Source: the human T2T-CHM13v2.0 reference genome, Homo sapiens
Direction: 5' to 3' (one strand)
NCBI RefSeq assembly: GCF_009914755.1
Contig: NC_060929.1
DNA: 64,000 nucleotides
Shown: one piece after another, positions 25,321 to 39,254 of the stretch
Position numbering within the stretch: the stretch's first letter is position 1
How the letters are laid out: every line of letters starts with the position of its first letter
Notes under the pieces: generated by a model
Seen by the model: the letters and a program-made list of their open reading frames with translations, nothing else
Databases searched by the model: none
What the model was told of the DNA's origin: nothing
Translations under genes and position numbers: made by a program

Positions 25321-26350
25321 ATTACTCTTTTTCTCCCAGGGAGATCTTCATCTAGGTCATTCTCTTTAACTTTATTTGAACACATGGCTTTGGGAAGAAC
25401 CTAAAGGGAGAGATGAAAGAGGAAGAGAACTGAGGGCCAAATCACCTGAATCAGCCCTTGCAATCAATGAGGTGACAGATGCTGGAGCCAGATTGCTCTA
25501 AAAGTTTCAGCTGCTTTTATGTCTCCACCCAACTCCATAATTCCAGTGTGATAACATCTGGGGAGGGTGGAGACTGCTGATTTTTTTCTAGATATTACTC
25601 ACTGAGGAGAAAGAATAATTTCCTACCAGGAAGTGTGGAAGGCTTGGAGGTCCCAACAACCTAGGTGGGGCTCCAGCTGAATATAATGAGCAGAAACAGT
25701 CCTTCAGACCTCAGGTCTCCAGACACAGGGTGTAGCTTGGGGACCTCAGGTCACAATTATACTGATGTTTATATTCCTGTACTCCACTCTCCCCTGTGTA
25801 TTGTAGCTCATGCTGTTAGCCAACACATTGGAACTCATTTTGATGCTTTGCCCTCAAGGGGAGGGGAGGCTTACCCTTGAGCTTAAGGGGAGAGTAACTG
25901 TAACTGGATGACTACATACATTTTTCCCTCTTTATAATACTAAATATTTTACCCATTGTTATCAATATCACAAGGTTATGAAGCTCGTTTCTAATCAATG
26001 CCACTGATACTTCTCTATTGAAAATTTCCCTGCAGGTCAAATAGCTTCTCTGAAGTAAACAAAATAATGATTTGCAAAATTCACCATTTTAATATTTACT
26101 TTTCTCTGATTATCTATGGAGATGAGACTGTAGAAACTAGCATTTTACAGTGATATGCACAGATGGCAATCTTTCCCAATCAATCATAAAACTGCATATT
26201 AAATTTAAGTAGGATACCCGGAGAAGGCATGATATTTAGCTACTTTACAAGATTACACAGCTAAATTATACTACACATGTTAGCTTGTATAATATATATA
26301 TTTGCACAGAGTTAAGATATTTAACAGACACGTTTTACCCTTTGTTTTCA

Positions 26351-26708
<358 letters not shown>

Positions 26709-26964
26709 GTACAAAGATGAAGGGTATATGCTTACTTATGAGTAAAACATTAGGTGGTACTGGAAATATACAACATATGTTTCTGGCTTGTCAGTGACAC
26801 TCCCAAGTAACACAGGGCAATAAAGAGATTCAAGATGGAAATGATAGCATGAGTTTGATGTCTGGACTATAAATGAAAGAGGATAAGCTGGACTTGCTTA
26901 GCACACTTTTGACACAATGATATGATAAAAGGCCAATTTTTCTGAAAAGTATTTATTAGGCCAG

Positions 26965-27345
26965 TGTTATGGACTGAATCTTGTTTCCCCTATAATTCAT
27001 ATGTTGAAGCCTTAATCACCAATGGTTACATGAGGTTGAGGTTGAGGTTAAATCTATCTTGTTTCCCCTAGAATTCATATGTTAAACGAGGCCATATGGA
27101 TGAGGCCCTAATCCAATAGTGCTGGTGTTCTTATAAGAACAGAGAGAGACACAAGAGCATTCTCTCTTCACCATGTGAGGACAGAGTGAGAAAGCAGCCA
27201 TCTGTATGTAGGAAGAGAGCCCTCAACAGGAACCAAATCAGCCAATCTTGGTCTTGGACTTCTCAGCATCCAGAATTGTGAGAACATTTCTGTTTAGGCC
27301 ACCAGTCTAGGGTACTTTGTTATGCGGCCTGAGTTGACTAAGGCA
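26965..27345 (+). mobile_element. MST/MLT1-type (ERVL-MaLR) solo LTR
   Basis: Starts tgttatggactgaat, ends gactaaggca; ccatgtgaggacag, ggacttctcagcatccagaattgtgag; (g/a)ccag flanks. Confidence 0.85.
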
Positions 27346-27457
27346 ACCAGAAAGCCCCAACCAAAAATTGTTTTACTTGAAGTTTATACATTACTTTTTA
27401 ATGACTGTTAAGAAAAATTTTCTTAACTGAAACTCTCTCTAAGAAAGCATCTCAAAT

Positions 27458-27980
27458 TATTGCCAAGACCAATGCCATGAAATTTTCCCCCTAAATTTTC
27501 TTCTAGGTTTACAGCTTCAGGTGTTATAATTAAGTCTTGAGTGGATTTTTTGTGTATGATTTAAGATAAAGGTTTAGTTTCATTCTTTTGCATGTGAATA
27601 TCTAGTTTCCCCAATACCATTTTCCAATACCATTCAAGACTTTTCTTCATTGTATATTCTGGACATCCTTGTCAAAGATCAGTTGACTGTGTATGTGTGA
27701 GTTTATTTCTTGGCTCTATTCTGTTCTATTGGTTTTATGTCTGTCTTTATGCCAGTACCACATTGTTTTGATTACTGTCACTTAGTAATATGTTTTGAAA
27801 TCAGGAAGTGTGAGATCTCCAGATATTTTGTTCTTTTTCAAGATTGTTTTGACTATTCAGCCTTTTGTGGTTTCTTATGAAGACTGCTTTTCTATTTCTA
27901 TAAAAAATACCATTGGGATTTTGATGGAGATTACATTGGACATTGTGGACATTTTAACAATATTAAGTTTCCTAATCCAC
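27458..27980 (-). mobile_element. Inverted 5' segment of an L1M element (ORF2)
   Basis: ctgtctttatgccagtaccacattgttttgattact, ttgaaatcaggaagtgtga; antisense L1 ORF2. Confidence 0.85.
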
Positions 27981-29055
27981 AGCAGCATCAAAGCATAAGC
28001 AAAAAAAGCAAAAATAGGCAAGTGGGACTACATCAAAATAAAATGTTTCTGCACAGCAAGGGAGAAAACACAGTGAAAATACAACCTACAGATTAGGAGA
28101 AAACATTTGCAAACCATATATCTGATATGGTATTAATATCTACAATACATAGGAGCTCCTACAACTCAATAGCAAAACCCCCCCAAAACCCAATTGAAAC
28201 CCCTCAAAATTAAAAAAACCCAATGAAAGAAATGGACGTTTCTCCAAAGAAGACAAAAAATGGCAAACAGGGATATGAAAAGATGCTCAACCTCACTAAT
28301 CATTAAGGAAATGCAAAGGAAAACCACAATGAGATATTGCTTCACTCCTGTTAGGATGGCCATTATTAAAAAAAAAAACCTGTTGGCAAGGACATACAGA
28401 AATTGGAATCCTTATGTACTGATGGTGGGACTGTAAAGTGATGCCACTACTATAAAAAACAGTATGGAAGTTCCTCAAAAAATTAAAAACAGAACTACCA
28501 TATGATCTACCAATTCAACTTCTGGGTATTTATCCAAAAAATTGAGATCAGCATGTCAAAGAGATATTTATATTCCCATATTCATTTATGTATATTCACA
28601 ATACCAAGATGTGGAAACAATCTAAATATCCATCAATGAACGAATGGATTAAAAAATGTGGTATATACATACAATGGAATATTATTTAGCCTTAAAAGAA
28701 GGATATCCTGTCATATGCTACAACATGGATGAATTTTGAGGACATTATGCCAAGTGAAATAAGTCAGTCACAGAAAGATAAATATTGCATGATCCCTCTT
28801 ATATGAGGGATTTAAAGTAGTTGAACTCATAGAAGCAGGAAGTAGCATGGTGGTTGCTGGGCCTGGGTGGAGGGAGAAATGGAGAGTTGTTGTTCAATGT
28901 GTATCATTTAATCATGCAAGATGAATAAATTCTAGAGATATGCTGTACAACATTGTGCTAACAGCTAATAATAATGTACTATACACTTAAAATGTAAGAG
29001 GGTAGATCTCATATTATGTGTCTTTGTTTTTAGCACAATAAAGCAACTTTTTCAA
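27981..29055 (+). mobile_element. L1MB-type LINE 3' segment
   Basis: gcaaaaataggcaagtgggactacatcaaa...gaactaccatatgatc...L1MB-like 3'UTR ending cacaataaa. Confidence 0.87.
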
Positions 29056-29611
29056 AAAGGATCTCAAATGGCCCTAACATGAGGCCATGGTATTTGGACT
29101 CTTGAGGCAAAGCCTGCAGTAGCAGTATGAGGTCCATATTTGCAGTAATTACCTAGAAATAATGAGAACTTCAAGTAGTAAACATATACATTCAATCAGA
29201 ATACGTGCTGACAATGGGAAGCGGAAAGTGTCTTTTTTTTTGGTAGTCATTGGGAGGCCTTAATTTCTCTGGCAATTTCATGCAGGTGTCACTGTGATTG
29301 AGAATAAAACAAGTAGAGATTTATTTCTTCCCTTACATCCTATTATCATGTGCTGACCACTAACTAAGAGTATGGAGGGAAGAGCAGAAAAGCACATGCT
29401 CTCCAGGCCAGGCTGGACCTGAGAGTCAGCTGTAGTCCCACAGGAATAACTCAGTTTTATTTTCCTTGTACTGCTCACAGCAGGTTACTACCAATCTTTC
29501 ACTTTCTAAGATCACTTCTAAGATGCTATATTTCCAAAATGCACTCTTTCTCAAAATGTGGCTTCATCAAGCTAAAGTCCAAAGAGGAATAGCGTCTTGT
29601 TAACAAAGTGG

Positions 29612-30845
29612 GGCTCAAGATGGATTAAAGACCTAAATGTAAAAGCTAAAGGTATAAAAACCCTGGAAGATAACCAAATAAATACCACTTTGAACATAGG
29701 AACTGGCAAAGATTTCATGATAAAAATGCCAAAAGCAATTGCAACAAAAGCAAAAATTGACAAATGGAACTTAATTAAACTAAAGAGCTTCTGCACAGGA
29801 AAAAAAAACACAACTATTAACAGAGAGTAAACAGATAACCTACAGAATGGGAGAAAATGTTTGTAAATTGTATTACCTGACAAAAGTCTAATACCCAGAA
29901 TCTACAACGAAATTAAACGAACATTCAAGCAAAAACCAAACCGCCCCATTAAAAAGTGGGCAAAGGACATGAACATTTTTCAAAAGAAGGCATACATATG
30001 GCCAATAAGTGTATGAAAAAATGCTCAATATCACTAATCATTAAAGAAATACAAATCAAAACCACAGTGAGATACCATTTCATACCAGTCAGAATGGCTA
30101 TTACTAAAAAGTCAAAAAATAACAGATGCTGGCAAGGTTGCAGAGAAAAGGAAACGCTTATATACTACTGGTTAGAATGTAAATTATTAATAGTTCAACC
30201 ATTGTGGAAAGCAGTGTGGTGATTCCTGAAAGAACTAAAAACAGAACTACCATTCAACTCAGCAATCAAACTACAGGGTATATACCAAAAGGAATATAAA
30301 TCATTCTACCATAAAGATACGTGCATGCATGTGTTAATTACAGCCCTATTCACAATCACAAAGACATGGAATCAAACTAAATGTCCATGAATGATAGATT
30401 GGATAAAGAAAAATCTGGTACATATATACCATGGAAAACTATGCAGCCATAAAAAGGAATGAGATCATGTTCTTTGTAGGAACATGGATGGAGCTACAGG
30501 CTATTATTTTTAGCAAACTAATGCAGGAAAAGAAAACCAAATACTGCATGTTTTCACTTATAAGTGGTAACCAAATAATGAGAACACACAGACAGAAAGA
30601 GAGGAACAATAGACACTGGGGCCAACTTGAGGATGGAGGGTGGGAGGAGAGAAGAGGATCAGAAAAAAAATACTAACTGTCAGGTACTATGCTTAGCACC
30701 TGGGTGACAAAATAATATGTATACCAAACCCCCGGGGTCACAAGTTTACCTATATAACAAACCTGCACATGTAACCCTAAACCTAAAATAAAAGTTAAAA
30801 TATTAACAACAACAAAAAAAAAAAAAAACAAGCAAGCAAAGAAAA
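29612..30845 (+). mobile_element. 5'-truncated old L1PA (PA15/16-like) LINE
   Basis: ctcaagatggattaaagacctaaatgt...; ORF2-like peptides RWIKDLNVK and [17 protein letters not shown]; 3'UTR and A-tail. Confidence 0.9.
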
Positions 30846-30989
30846 ATACCCAAGGTAGTGTTGCGGGGTGTTTCTGTCTTTATTTATTGTTTCTATGACA
30901 TAGAGCAAGTAAAATTGATTTAATAAGCCGACTTTGAAACATTGATATTTTAATGATGTGCCCTGCTACTTCTCCAGCCACCCACCCAC

Positions 30990-31620
30990 ATTTATTCTTT
31001 ATATTGCAGACAGAGCGATCCTCCTAAAATGTAAGCCCATTCTCGGCAAGTTCCTACTCATTATCCCATAATGGTGTCCTATTTTATTCAGAGAAAATAC
31101 TACGTTCTCCCAATGGTTTAAGGCCCTCAGTGACCTGGTCCCTGGTGCCTCTCTAATCTCATCTTTACCTACATCTCTCCCTCTTGTTCACTCTGCTCAG
31201 CCTCTTGGTCCCTAGCTGTCCTTGAAGCACTGTGCATACTCCCTCCCCAGGGCCTTTGGATTTGCAGTTCTCTTTGCCTGGCATATTCTTTCTAGAGATA
31301 TCAGCTCAATGTTACCTTCATGAGATATTCCCATACTGGCCTATTTAAAACTGGCACCCCTAACCTCCTAACCTTTTTTTTTTTTGAACAAACAAACAAA
31401 AAACCTTCCTTACTCTTAATTTTTCTCCATCGCATTTAACAGCTTCTGATGAACTTTGTTTTTTACTTATTTTATCATCTTACTCACCCCATTAGAATAT
31501 AAGCTCCACAAGTGCAGAGATTTTTTTTTAAAAATCTACTTTGTTCGTTAATGTGTCCCCCAGCAGGTACAACAGTGCCTCACACGTACGAGTTGCTCAA
31601 TAAATATTTGTATCGTGAAT
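30990..31620 (+). mobile_element. L2 LINE 3' region
   Basis: ccagggcctttggatttgcagttctctttgcctgg..., tagaatataagctcc..., gctcaataaatatttg. Confidence 0.75.
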
Positions 31621-31876
31621 ACATGGGTATCTTTAGACGCAGCGGTACTTTTTCTATACCGGTTATCATTTACCATGGTTATCTGTGTAGTTCTACTTTA
31701 AATAAACTTCATAACTATTTTTTAATTTAGCTAGGAGTTGGTCACTTATTTAAAGAAATAGGTTAATGAGATTGATTAGCACATTTGAAGAAATAATCTG
31801 GAACATCTCTAAGAAGGCATTTTAACGGGGGTTATTTTGAATATCCTTCTGTTTGAACAGCAGTCAGCCATGCAAT

Positions 31877-32093
31877 CAGGGGTGGGATCAAGGTTTTGTG
31901 GTACACGAAGATTATACAATTATAAGGGTCTGCTTTCAGAAAAATAATACAAAAAAATCTTAGTTTTTTGAATTTTACAAAACCTAAAACTACGTGCAGC
32001 TGCTAGTACCACTTCTTACAACTTGAAAGGGAACCAGGCCAGTGAGAAGCTCTTAGCTTGATCTTCATTAGTTTCACCTCAGATCTGCATCTG
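31877..32093. mobile_element. Probable hAT-family non-autonomous DNA transposon (MER-type)
   Basis: Ends caggggtgggatc / gatctgcatctg; internal tagcttgatcttcattagtttcac. Confidence 0.45.
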
Positions 32094-32147
32094 AGGTAAT
32101 TACATATCAGGAAAGAATAAGAAAAGAAACTGGATGGGTGAAAATAA

Positions 32148-32479
<332 letters not shown>

Positions 32480-33634
32480 TAAGAGATAAATTGTTATTAG
32501 TTTTTTCTTCATTCCTTTTTATTCTTTCCCTCCCTCCCTATCACCTCCCTCTCTCCCTCCCTCTCTATTTTCAGTACCCAAATTTTCAAAGCTTACTCAT
32601 AATTCTCAAAATTTCTCTTGTTAGTTGCACGTGTTTATTTTTCCCAGATCAGTGAGTGTCACCTAGTCCTGGGGAATGGGGAGTGATTCCATTAGGTCAG
32701 ATATTGAACTCACTTTGAAGAGGGGTGATCTTCAAACCATACCTGTCTCTCAAGATATTACAATTTTCTTTTTGAGGGATGGGTTTTAAAAATGTGATCC
32801 TCCATCACATTCCTGGCTATTTGGGTATTTAGGCTTACTAAAAATTAATCTCCAAAAGATTTTATTGACTAAATAAGAATGATTGAATGATAAATCCTTT
32901 GTAGAAATACTTAGCCTTAAAATATTATGTGTTAAGTATGTTAAATAAGTCTAGGTAAGATTATAACAGAAAACAAAAAAGTAATAGTTCTACTATAATT
33001 GCCTTTAAAATATAACCAAATTCTGATTCTTTTAGACTAATGGATACGAAAACTCATATACCATGTTTTTCCTCTGGGTTTGCACTCTCCATCAAACAGG
33101 TCAGGAAACCATTCACCAGCCCTACTATTAAATCTATTTTGGAGAAGTGATATTATTCAGTTTCCAACCTCAACAATCCAAACAGATGGGTTTTCTGCCT
33201 TAATGGGGCTTGAATGAATGGCGAAGGGCTTCAGAGGGTTGTGTGGCCTGAATTACAGACAATTTTTTCAATCTTACTGGGCAAAGCAATGATAAGAATA
33301 TTATCTTACGATGGCCATAAACAATCACTTGCCTCTTCAATTCTTTTAAAATATATAGTGGAGAATAAAAAAAGATATGTCTCATTATGTGTCTCATTGT
33401 ATAATAAGTACACTGAGATTAGCTTTCTCTCATGATTTCTTATATTGGGTGAATTATGTATGGTTACAAATTATCTTTTAAAAGTTTTAAGATGTTGGAT
33501 GGGCTACCACAGAGGTAGCAGGATCTACTTCAACAATGATTTTATAGAGTGAAGAAACATTTTCATGTTTCCTTGAAATGGAATCTGGCTGAAGACAAAA
33601 TGACCTTGGGAAAGCATAGAATTCAATAATCAGG

Positions 33635-34020
33635 ACTGTGAGTATAGGAAATTCTGCTTGTTGTCTGCCATATTCCATTCTCTGCCTGTTCCTGGGCATA
33701 AAAGAAGTTCTCGTTCCCTTGCAATTAGATTTGGCCAAGTGACTAGATGTGAGCAGAAATATTGCATGCCACTTTCAGGACTGGCTCATAGCTCCTCCCA
33801 CATGCCTATCTTGATGTTCTTTTTCTGCCAGCTGGATGCTAAAGATGCTGATGCGTGAAGGATGGTAGAAACAGAAGGTGGGAGAATCCTGGTCCGTGAC
33901 TGAGAGCAAGGAGAGCTGCCACATCCTCCTAAACACCATCCTAGAATGCTACTTGATGAAGAATGAGTTTATTTTTTAAGTCATTTAATTTGGGGGCTTA
34001 TTTGTCAGCACAATAACATT
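33635..34020. mobile_element. Old MLT1-type MaLR LTR (degenerate)
   Basis: ttcccttgcaattagatttggccaagtgact...gtgagcagaa...ttaagtcatttaatttggggg. Confidence 0.55.
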
Positions 34021-34505
34021 CAACACAGTGCGTTCCATCAAAGTAAACTGGAAAGTACGTACTGAAAGTACATTAGACTTTCAAATGTCTCACATTCAAT
34101 CTATCTCTGGCCCAAGTGAAACCATCTATGTCTTTACTTCTACCACCTTCACACTTCATTTAGGTTTTTTGTTTTGTTCCCTTGATCTTCCTCGGTTAAC
34201 AGATATTTTCATTATGACATTTCTCATTACCTAAGTGCTTAAGAGATGTTAGAGAATAAGTCTATAATCATTACACACAGTTGTGATTGTTGTGTAAAGT
34301 GAAAGCCAGTCTGGTTCTGTTCTGTCTTAACAACAATCAGCAAAGTTACAGAGGATCAGCTCAAGTGTGAACCTGACACATGAATTTGTCTCTGGATTAC
34401 AGAAGACACACAGAACCGAGATTAACAAACACTCAGGATTTACACCCGTGCTTCACTTGAGCCAATGAGATTTCAGAAGTACCAGATCGAAATAGGCTTC
34501 CCTTA

Positions 34506-35711
34506 AGACGTCAAAGCATTGCAACAAAAACAAAAACAGGCAAATGGGACTATATTAAAACCAAAAATCTCTACATAGCAAAGAAAATAATCAACAGAGT
34601 GAAAAGACAACATGTTAAATGGGAGAAAATATTTGCAAAATATATATCTGACAACGGACTAATATCCAGAATATGCCAAGAACTCAAGTTAACAGCAAAA
34701 ACAAAACCAAACCAAACCCAAATAATCCCATCAAAAAGTGGACAAAGGACATGAAGACATTTCTCAAAAGAAGATGTAAAATGACCAACAGGTATGTAAA
34801 AAGTACTCAACATTACTAATCTTCAGGGAACTATAAATCAAAACCACAGTGAGGTATCTTACCTTAGAATGGCTATTATTAAAAGACCAAAAAAAAAAAA
34901 AAAATAGATGCTGGTGAGGAAGTGGAGAAAAGGGAATTCTTAGTTGGTGGGAATATAAATTAATATGGCCATTATGGAAAACAGCATAGAGATTTCCCAG
35001 AAAACTAAAAGTAGAACTATTATACAATCCAGCAATCCCCCTACTGGGTGTTTATCTAAAGGAAAGGAAAGGAAATCTGTATATCAAAGGGATACCTGAA
35101 CCCCTATGTTTATTGCAGTACTATCTACAATAGCTAAGATATGGAATCAACCAAAGTATCCACCAACAAACAAACCGATAGAGAAAATACATATATATAT
35201 ATATATATATACACACATACACATACAATGGAATACTATGCAGTCATAAAAAGAGCAAAATCCTGCCATTTGCAGCAACATGAATTGACCTGAATGTTAA
35301 GTGAAATAAGCCAGGCATAGAAACACAAATATGGCATGTTCTCACTCATAAGTGGGTGCTAAAAAAAGTTGATATCATGAAGGTAATAGAATGATAGCTA
35401 CCAGGAGGAGGGGAATGAAGAGAGGTTGGCTAACGTATGCAAACATACAGCTGGATAGAAGAAATAAGTTACAATGTGTGATAGCAGAATAGGGAGATTA
35501 TAGTTAAGAATAATGTATCATATATTTCAAAATAGCCAGAAGAAAGAAATTGAAATTATTCCACTACATAGAAATGATAAATGCCCAAGGTGCTGGATAC
35601 CCTAAATAATTTGTCTCGGTCATTATACATCCTATTTATGTAACAAAATATCCCATTATCCTATGTACAAATATTGTGAATTAATTATTTTAAAATTCTG
35701 TTAAAAAACAA
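34506..35711 (+). mobile_element. 5'-truncated L1MA-type LINE
   Basis: caaatgggactatattaaa...gggagaaaatatttgcaaa...3'UTR; TSD-like taggctt(c/g)cctta on both sides. Confidence 0.88.
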
Positions 35712-37739
35712 AAATTAGGCTTGCCTTATTCAAAATGTTATTCTGAAGCAAAATGACATTTTGAATGTGCACACTTCTGGGGAAATGGTTCAGAGTCTAT
35801 AGAAAAATTCTAGAAATATTTCACAATTTATCCAAACCCAGACTAGAACCACTCTTCACTGTTGCCTAGCTCATTTGCAGTGGGATCAGGATGAGTTGGT
35901 TCAGACTGGCAATGTCGTAGGTTGAATCAGATGCCTAAGACCATTCCTGTTCTGAACTCATAGGCTAAATGCCTTTCTAGAGCCAAATGTTCCTCTCTAG
36001 AAGAAGGAAAGGATATTACCTGGGGCATCCTCTTGCCAGTATAGCACTCTCCTCAAATTTGAGCCCTCTTTCTCTGAGTTTCAGTGTATTTCTGGTATAA
36101 GAAATATTTCATTGCCACCTTAGAGATCAAACTCAAAGGATTAATAGATCCTGAGGGTGATAGAGTAGGTCATAGAAAAGAGATACCTATCCATTCCACA
36201 AATGCTCATCAACTACCTACTCTAGCCACTCTGGGAGGAATAATGAAGCTCATTGAGAAGACGTAAGGATGGTAGTAGTTACACTGATCTTCTGCTCCAA
36301 AATTAATTTGGGGTTTTCCTTCCCCTCAGGATGACCAAATTCATGGTGAGGCTATTCATAAATCCTGTTGACTTGCCAGGTCCACAGCCAAGATAAATGC
36401 ACAGCTGTTTTCTAAAGGCATTTGACCTCTTCTCTAATCACCTCAAGTTGAGAAGCAATGTTCATTGCTGACTTTCTTTGTTTTGACATTAACTATGTTC
36501 TCAAATAAAAAATCAAGTTTTACTTCTCCAGCCATTAAAATTTCTCTCATTTTTATGAAGTAATATTTCTCAAACATTTGAATATATTCATCCATTTTTG
36601 TGCCACTTCATCTATTTTCTAGATAGATTATGATATTCAATTATGTGTATTTTGTCTTTCTTTTTTCTTTTTTTGTAGAATTTATTCGATATAATCTTGG
36701 CTCCCATTTTATTTCCCACTTATCCTCTTTTAAAAAATGACTTATGCTTTTTTAATGAGGAGTCCAAAATGGCACACAGAACTCTAAGTACAGTGTAAAC
36801 AAGGCCATCTGTAATGAGAAAGCCATTCAATTCAGCAAAGATTTTTCTAACCAGCTATACATAGTCATGACAGAATCCTCAGATTTAGTGTTTCCTAGTA
36901 GCAATTGTAATTCTTTTGATTGCTGGCCTGTAAAATACTTAGTACTATACTGTACCATGACAGTGGAAATATGTAAATAGAACCTCCATCTCCAGCCTGC
37001 TTATATAAAATGAATACCACTGGTAAATAATTTAATGTTAAATGTAGTTACTTTTACAGAAAAATATATGCTGTAAAATAACTTCTACTCTTTTTTCATA
37101 CATTCAGATAGCCTAAAAAAAGGATAGATGTCAGTTTTTTAAACTTGGGGGAAAAAAGAACCCAAACATGATTATATACTTTGCTGACCTTTGAAATTTA
37201 ATTTGACCAAATTTTGAAAATAGTCTTTGAGAATTACAGAGTGAGCAAATGCCAGTACTTCATGAAACTCAAATCGAGTTTTTTTTTAAATAAGCAGTGT
37301 AGGTATCGTCTTTGCTTTTTCCATGTCTTTAAGACTTTTAAAAATCTTAAAATATGACTGTTTCACCACTCTTTTTCTTTTTTTATAGAATTCAGAACTT
37401 AAGTTAAATTTGACAAGAGGAAAAATAAAATCCAAACCACATCTATGCTTATTCTGCTCTTGGCTTCTTCCTACAGAGCTGTCCTTTAAATTTGCAATGT
37501 AATTATGAGTTTCCATACCACATATGCCACTAATCCCACGAAAGTATGTGGCCCTTCAGACCACATGAAAAAAATCTCTCAGGGCACCTTGGGTGCTTTA
37601 CCCACTTGCCATGTCCAAAAAGAGTTCCATCTGTGCCCCTGATGGTCAGATAACCTGTCCTGGGTGAGACAAAAGAATTATTCCCAAAGGCCTTTTCCTC
37701 CTGTGCTTCTTATGCCCTCACAAGCAGGTTGTTTCTGAG

Positions 37740-37930
37740 CACCTTCACAGGCATTGTTCAGTGGAATTCACACAGTGACCCTGGGCAATAAGTGATGGGA
37801 TTGGGAGTGTAGATTTTTATCCTTATTTGCTGAAGAAAAATCTGAGGCTCAGGAAGGAGGGCAATGATGTGCCTAGAGTCTCATAGATTTAAATGGCTGG
37901 ATTACGACTCAATCCCAAATCTTTTGTTCT
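37740..37930 (-). mobile_element. MIR SINE
   Basis: tttttatccttatttgctgaagaaaaatctgaggctcagg...tgcctagagtctcatag. Confidence 0.6.
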
Positions 37931-38378
37931 TTGGACTAAAGATTTAAATGAAGGATTGAACAATTGGATTACTTTTAATCCTTCATAAAGCTTGAATGAA
38001 AGACAAATGCTTATTTTAATGTCTCTTATGAGCACTCACTAGAAATATTCTCTAGCCGAGCACAATGTTCAAAACCTTTGTGTGGAATGTTACATTTTGC
38101 TGAAATGAATGGATGTGCTTACATGTCTGTAAATAGTAGAATGAAAAAGCTGGAAAAGGATTTTAGCAAGAGTCCTTCATTTTGGTACTCTTGTTAATCA
38201 TCCTAACAATATTGTAATGCTTTATAGTGTATGGTAAATGTTTGTTAATACTTAGAGGGAGATACAGAAAACAACTATCTGGTTAAATTTACTTAAACAT
38301 ATCAGACCAGCTTTGCAAAACAAAGGGATTCCCACTTGATATTCTGAAGAATATTTCAGAAAAATATGAATGTATTTC

Positions 38379-38566
38379 TTTTGTATTATTTATTGATTTT
38401 TAAATTTTAGATCCAGGGGTCCATGCACAGTTTTGTTACATGGCTATATTGCAGGAAGCTGAGGTTTGGGCTTCTAATTATCTTGTCACCCAAGTAGAGA
38501 ACATAGGACCTGATAGCTATTTTTTGACCCTTGCCACCCTCTCTTCCTCCCTGCTTTTGCAATCCA
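38379..38566 (-). mobile_element. Short L1PB/L1PREC-type 3' end
   Basis: ttttagatccaggggtccatgcacagttttgttacatgg...gtcacccaagtag; TSD gaatgtattt on both sides. Confidence 0.75.
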
Positions 38567-38627
38567 CTGTTGATGGGCAGGAATGTATTTATAACGCAAA
38601 GATAAGAACTGATGCTGGGCAATACTA

Positions 38628-38750
38628 CTGGGTTGAGAATTGGGAGCCTTGAGTTTGAGTTCTGACCCCGCTACTACCTCGTTGTGATTTTGGCAAGCCT
38701 CTTGACTTCTCTGGGACTTAGCTATTTCATCAATGAAGTAAAGAGATTAT
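38628..38750 (+). mobile_element. MIR fragment
   Basis: tttgagttctgaccccgctact...tgtgattttggcaagcctcttgacttctctggg. Confidence 0.65.
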
Positions 38751-38756
38751 CCTTTT

Positions 38757-38918
38757 CAATTACTGCTACATATCACTTTGGAGAGGCTTTTAAAAATACA
38801 GATTCTTAGGCCTCCTTTTGGATACTCTGAGTCGGTAAAGCTGAAGCTGGATCCAGGAATCTCTATTTTCAAAAGGCTGTCATAGCTATTTGATGTGTTG
38901 TCAGGTTGAGAACACCGG
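38757..38918. mobile_element. MER5-like hAT-Charlie DNA transposon
   Basis: ttaaaaatacagattcttaggcc...ccaggaatctctattttcaaaag...caggttgagaacac. Confidence 0.7.
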
Positions 38919-39151
38919 ACTTGCTGACCTTCTAGCTTTAACATTCCCAATTCCAACTGGACAGCACTGAACTCAGCTCATATTCCTCTATGCTGTGCTT
39001 ACTCGGGAGCGGGAGTGGTGAGAAGAGCCAAAGCTGTCGTCACCAGGCTATATTACACCACCTTCCTTGGTGGTGTCCCTGCCCACATGCCCAGCTCTTC
39101 AACACCACTTTCTACGCTGCTGTTGGGATTTTGTGTGTGGTTAAACGGGAT

Positions 39152-39254
39152 GGAGAAAGAAGGGAAAAAAGGAGAGAGGGAGAGAAGGAAGGAAGGAAAG
39201 AAAGGCAGGAAGAAAGGAAGAAGGAATGAAGGAAGAAAAGGAAGGAAAAAGAGA
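39152..39254. repeat. Degenerate (GGAA)n polypurine tract
   Basis: gagaaggaaggaaggaaagaaaggcaggaagaaaggaag. Confidence 0.9.

Noticed and set aside
29597-30676. L1 ORF2-like peptides (also 53488-54160)
   Set aside because: Fragmented by stops and frameshifts in 5'-truncated L1s; not functional
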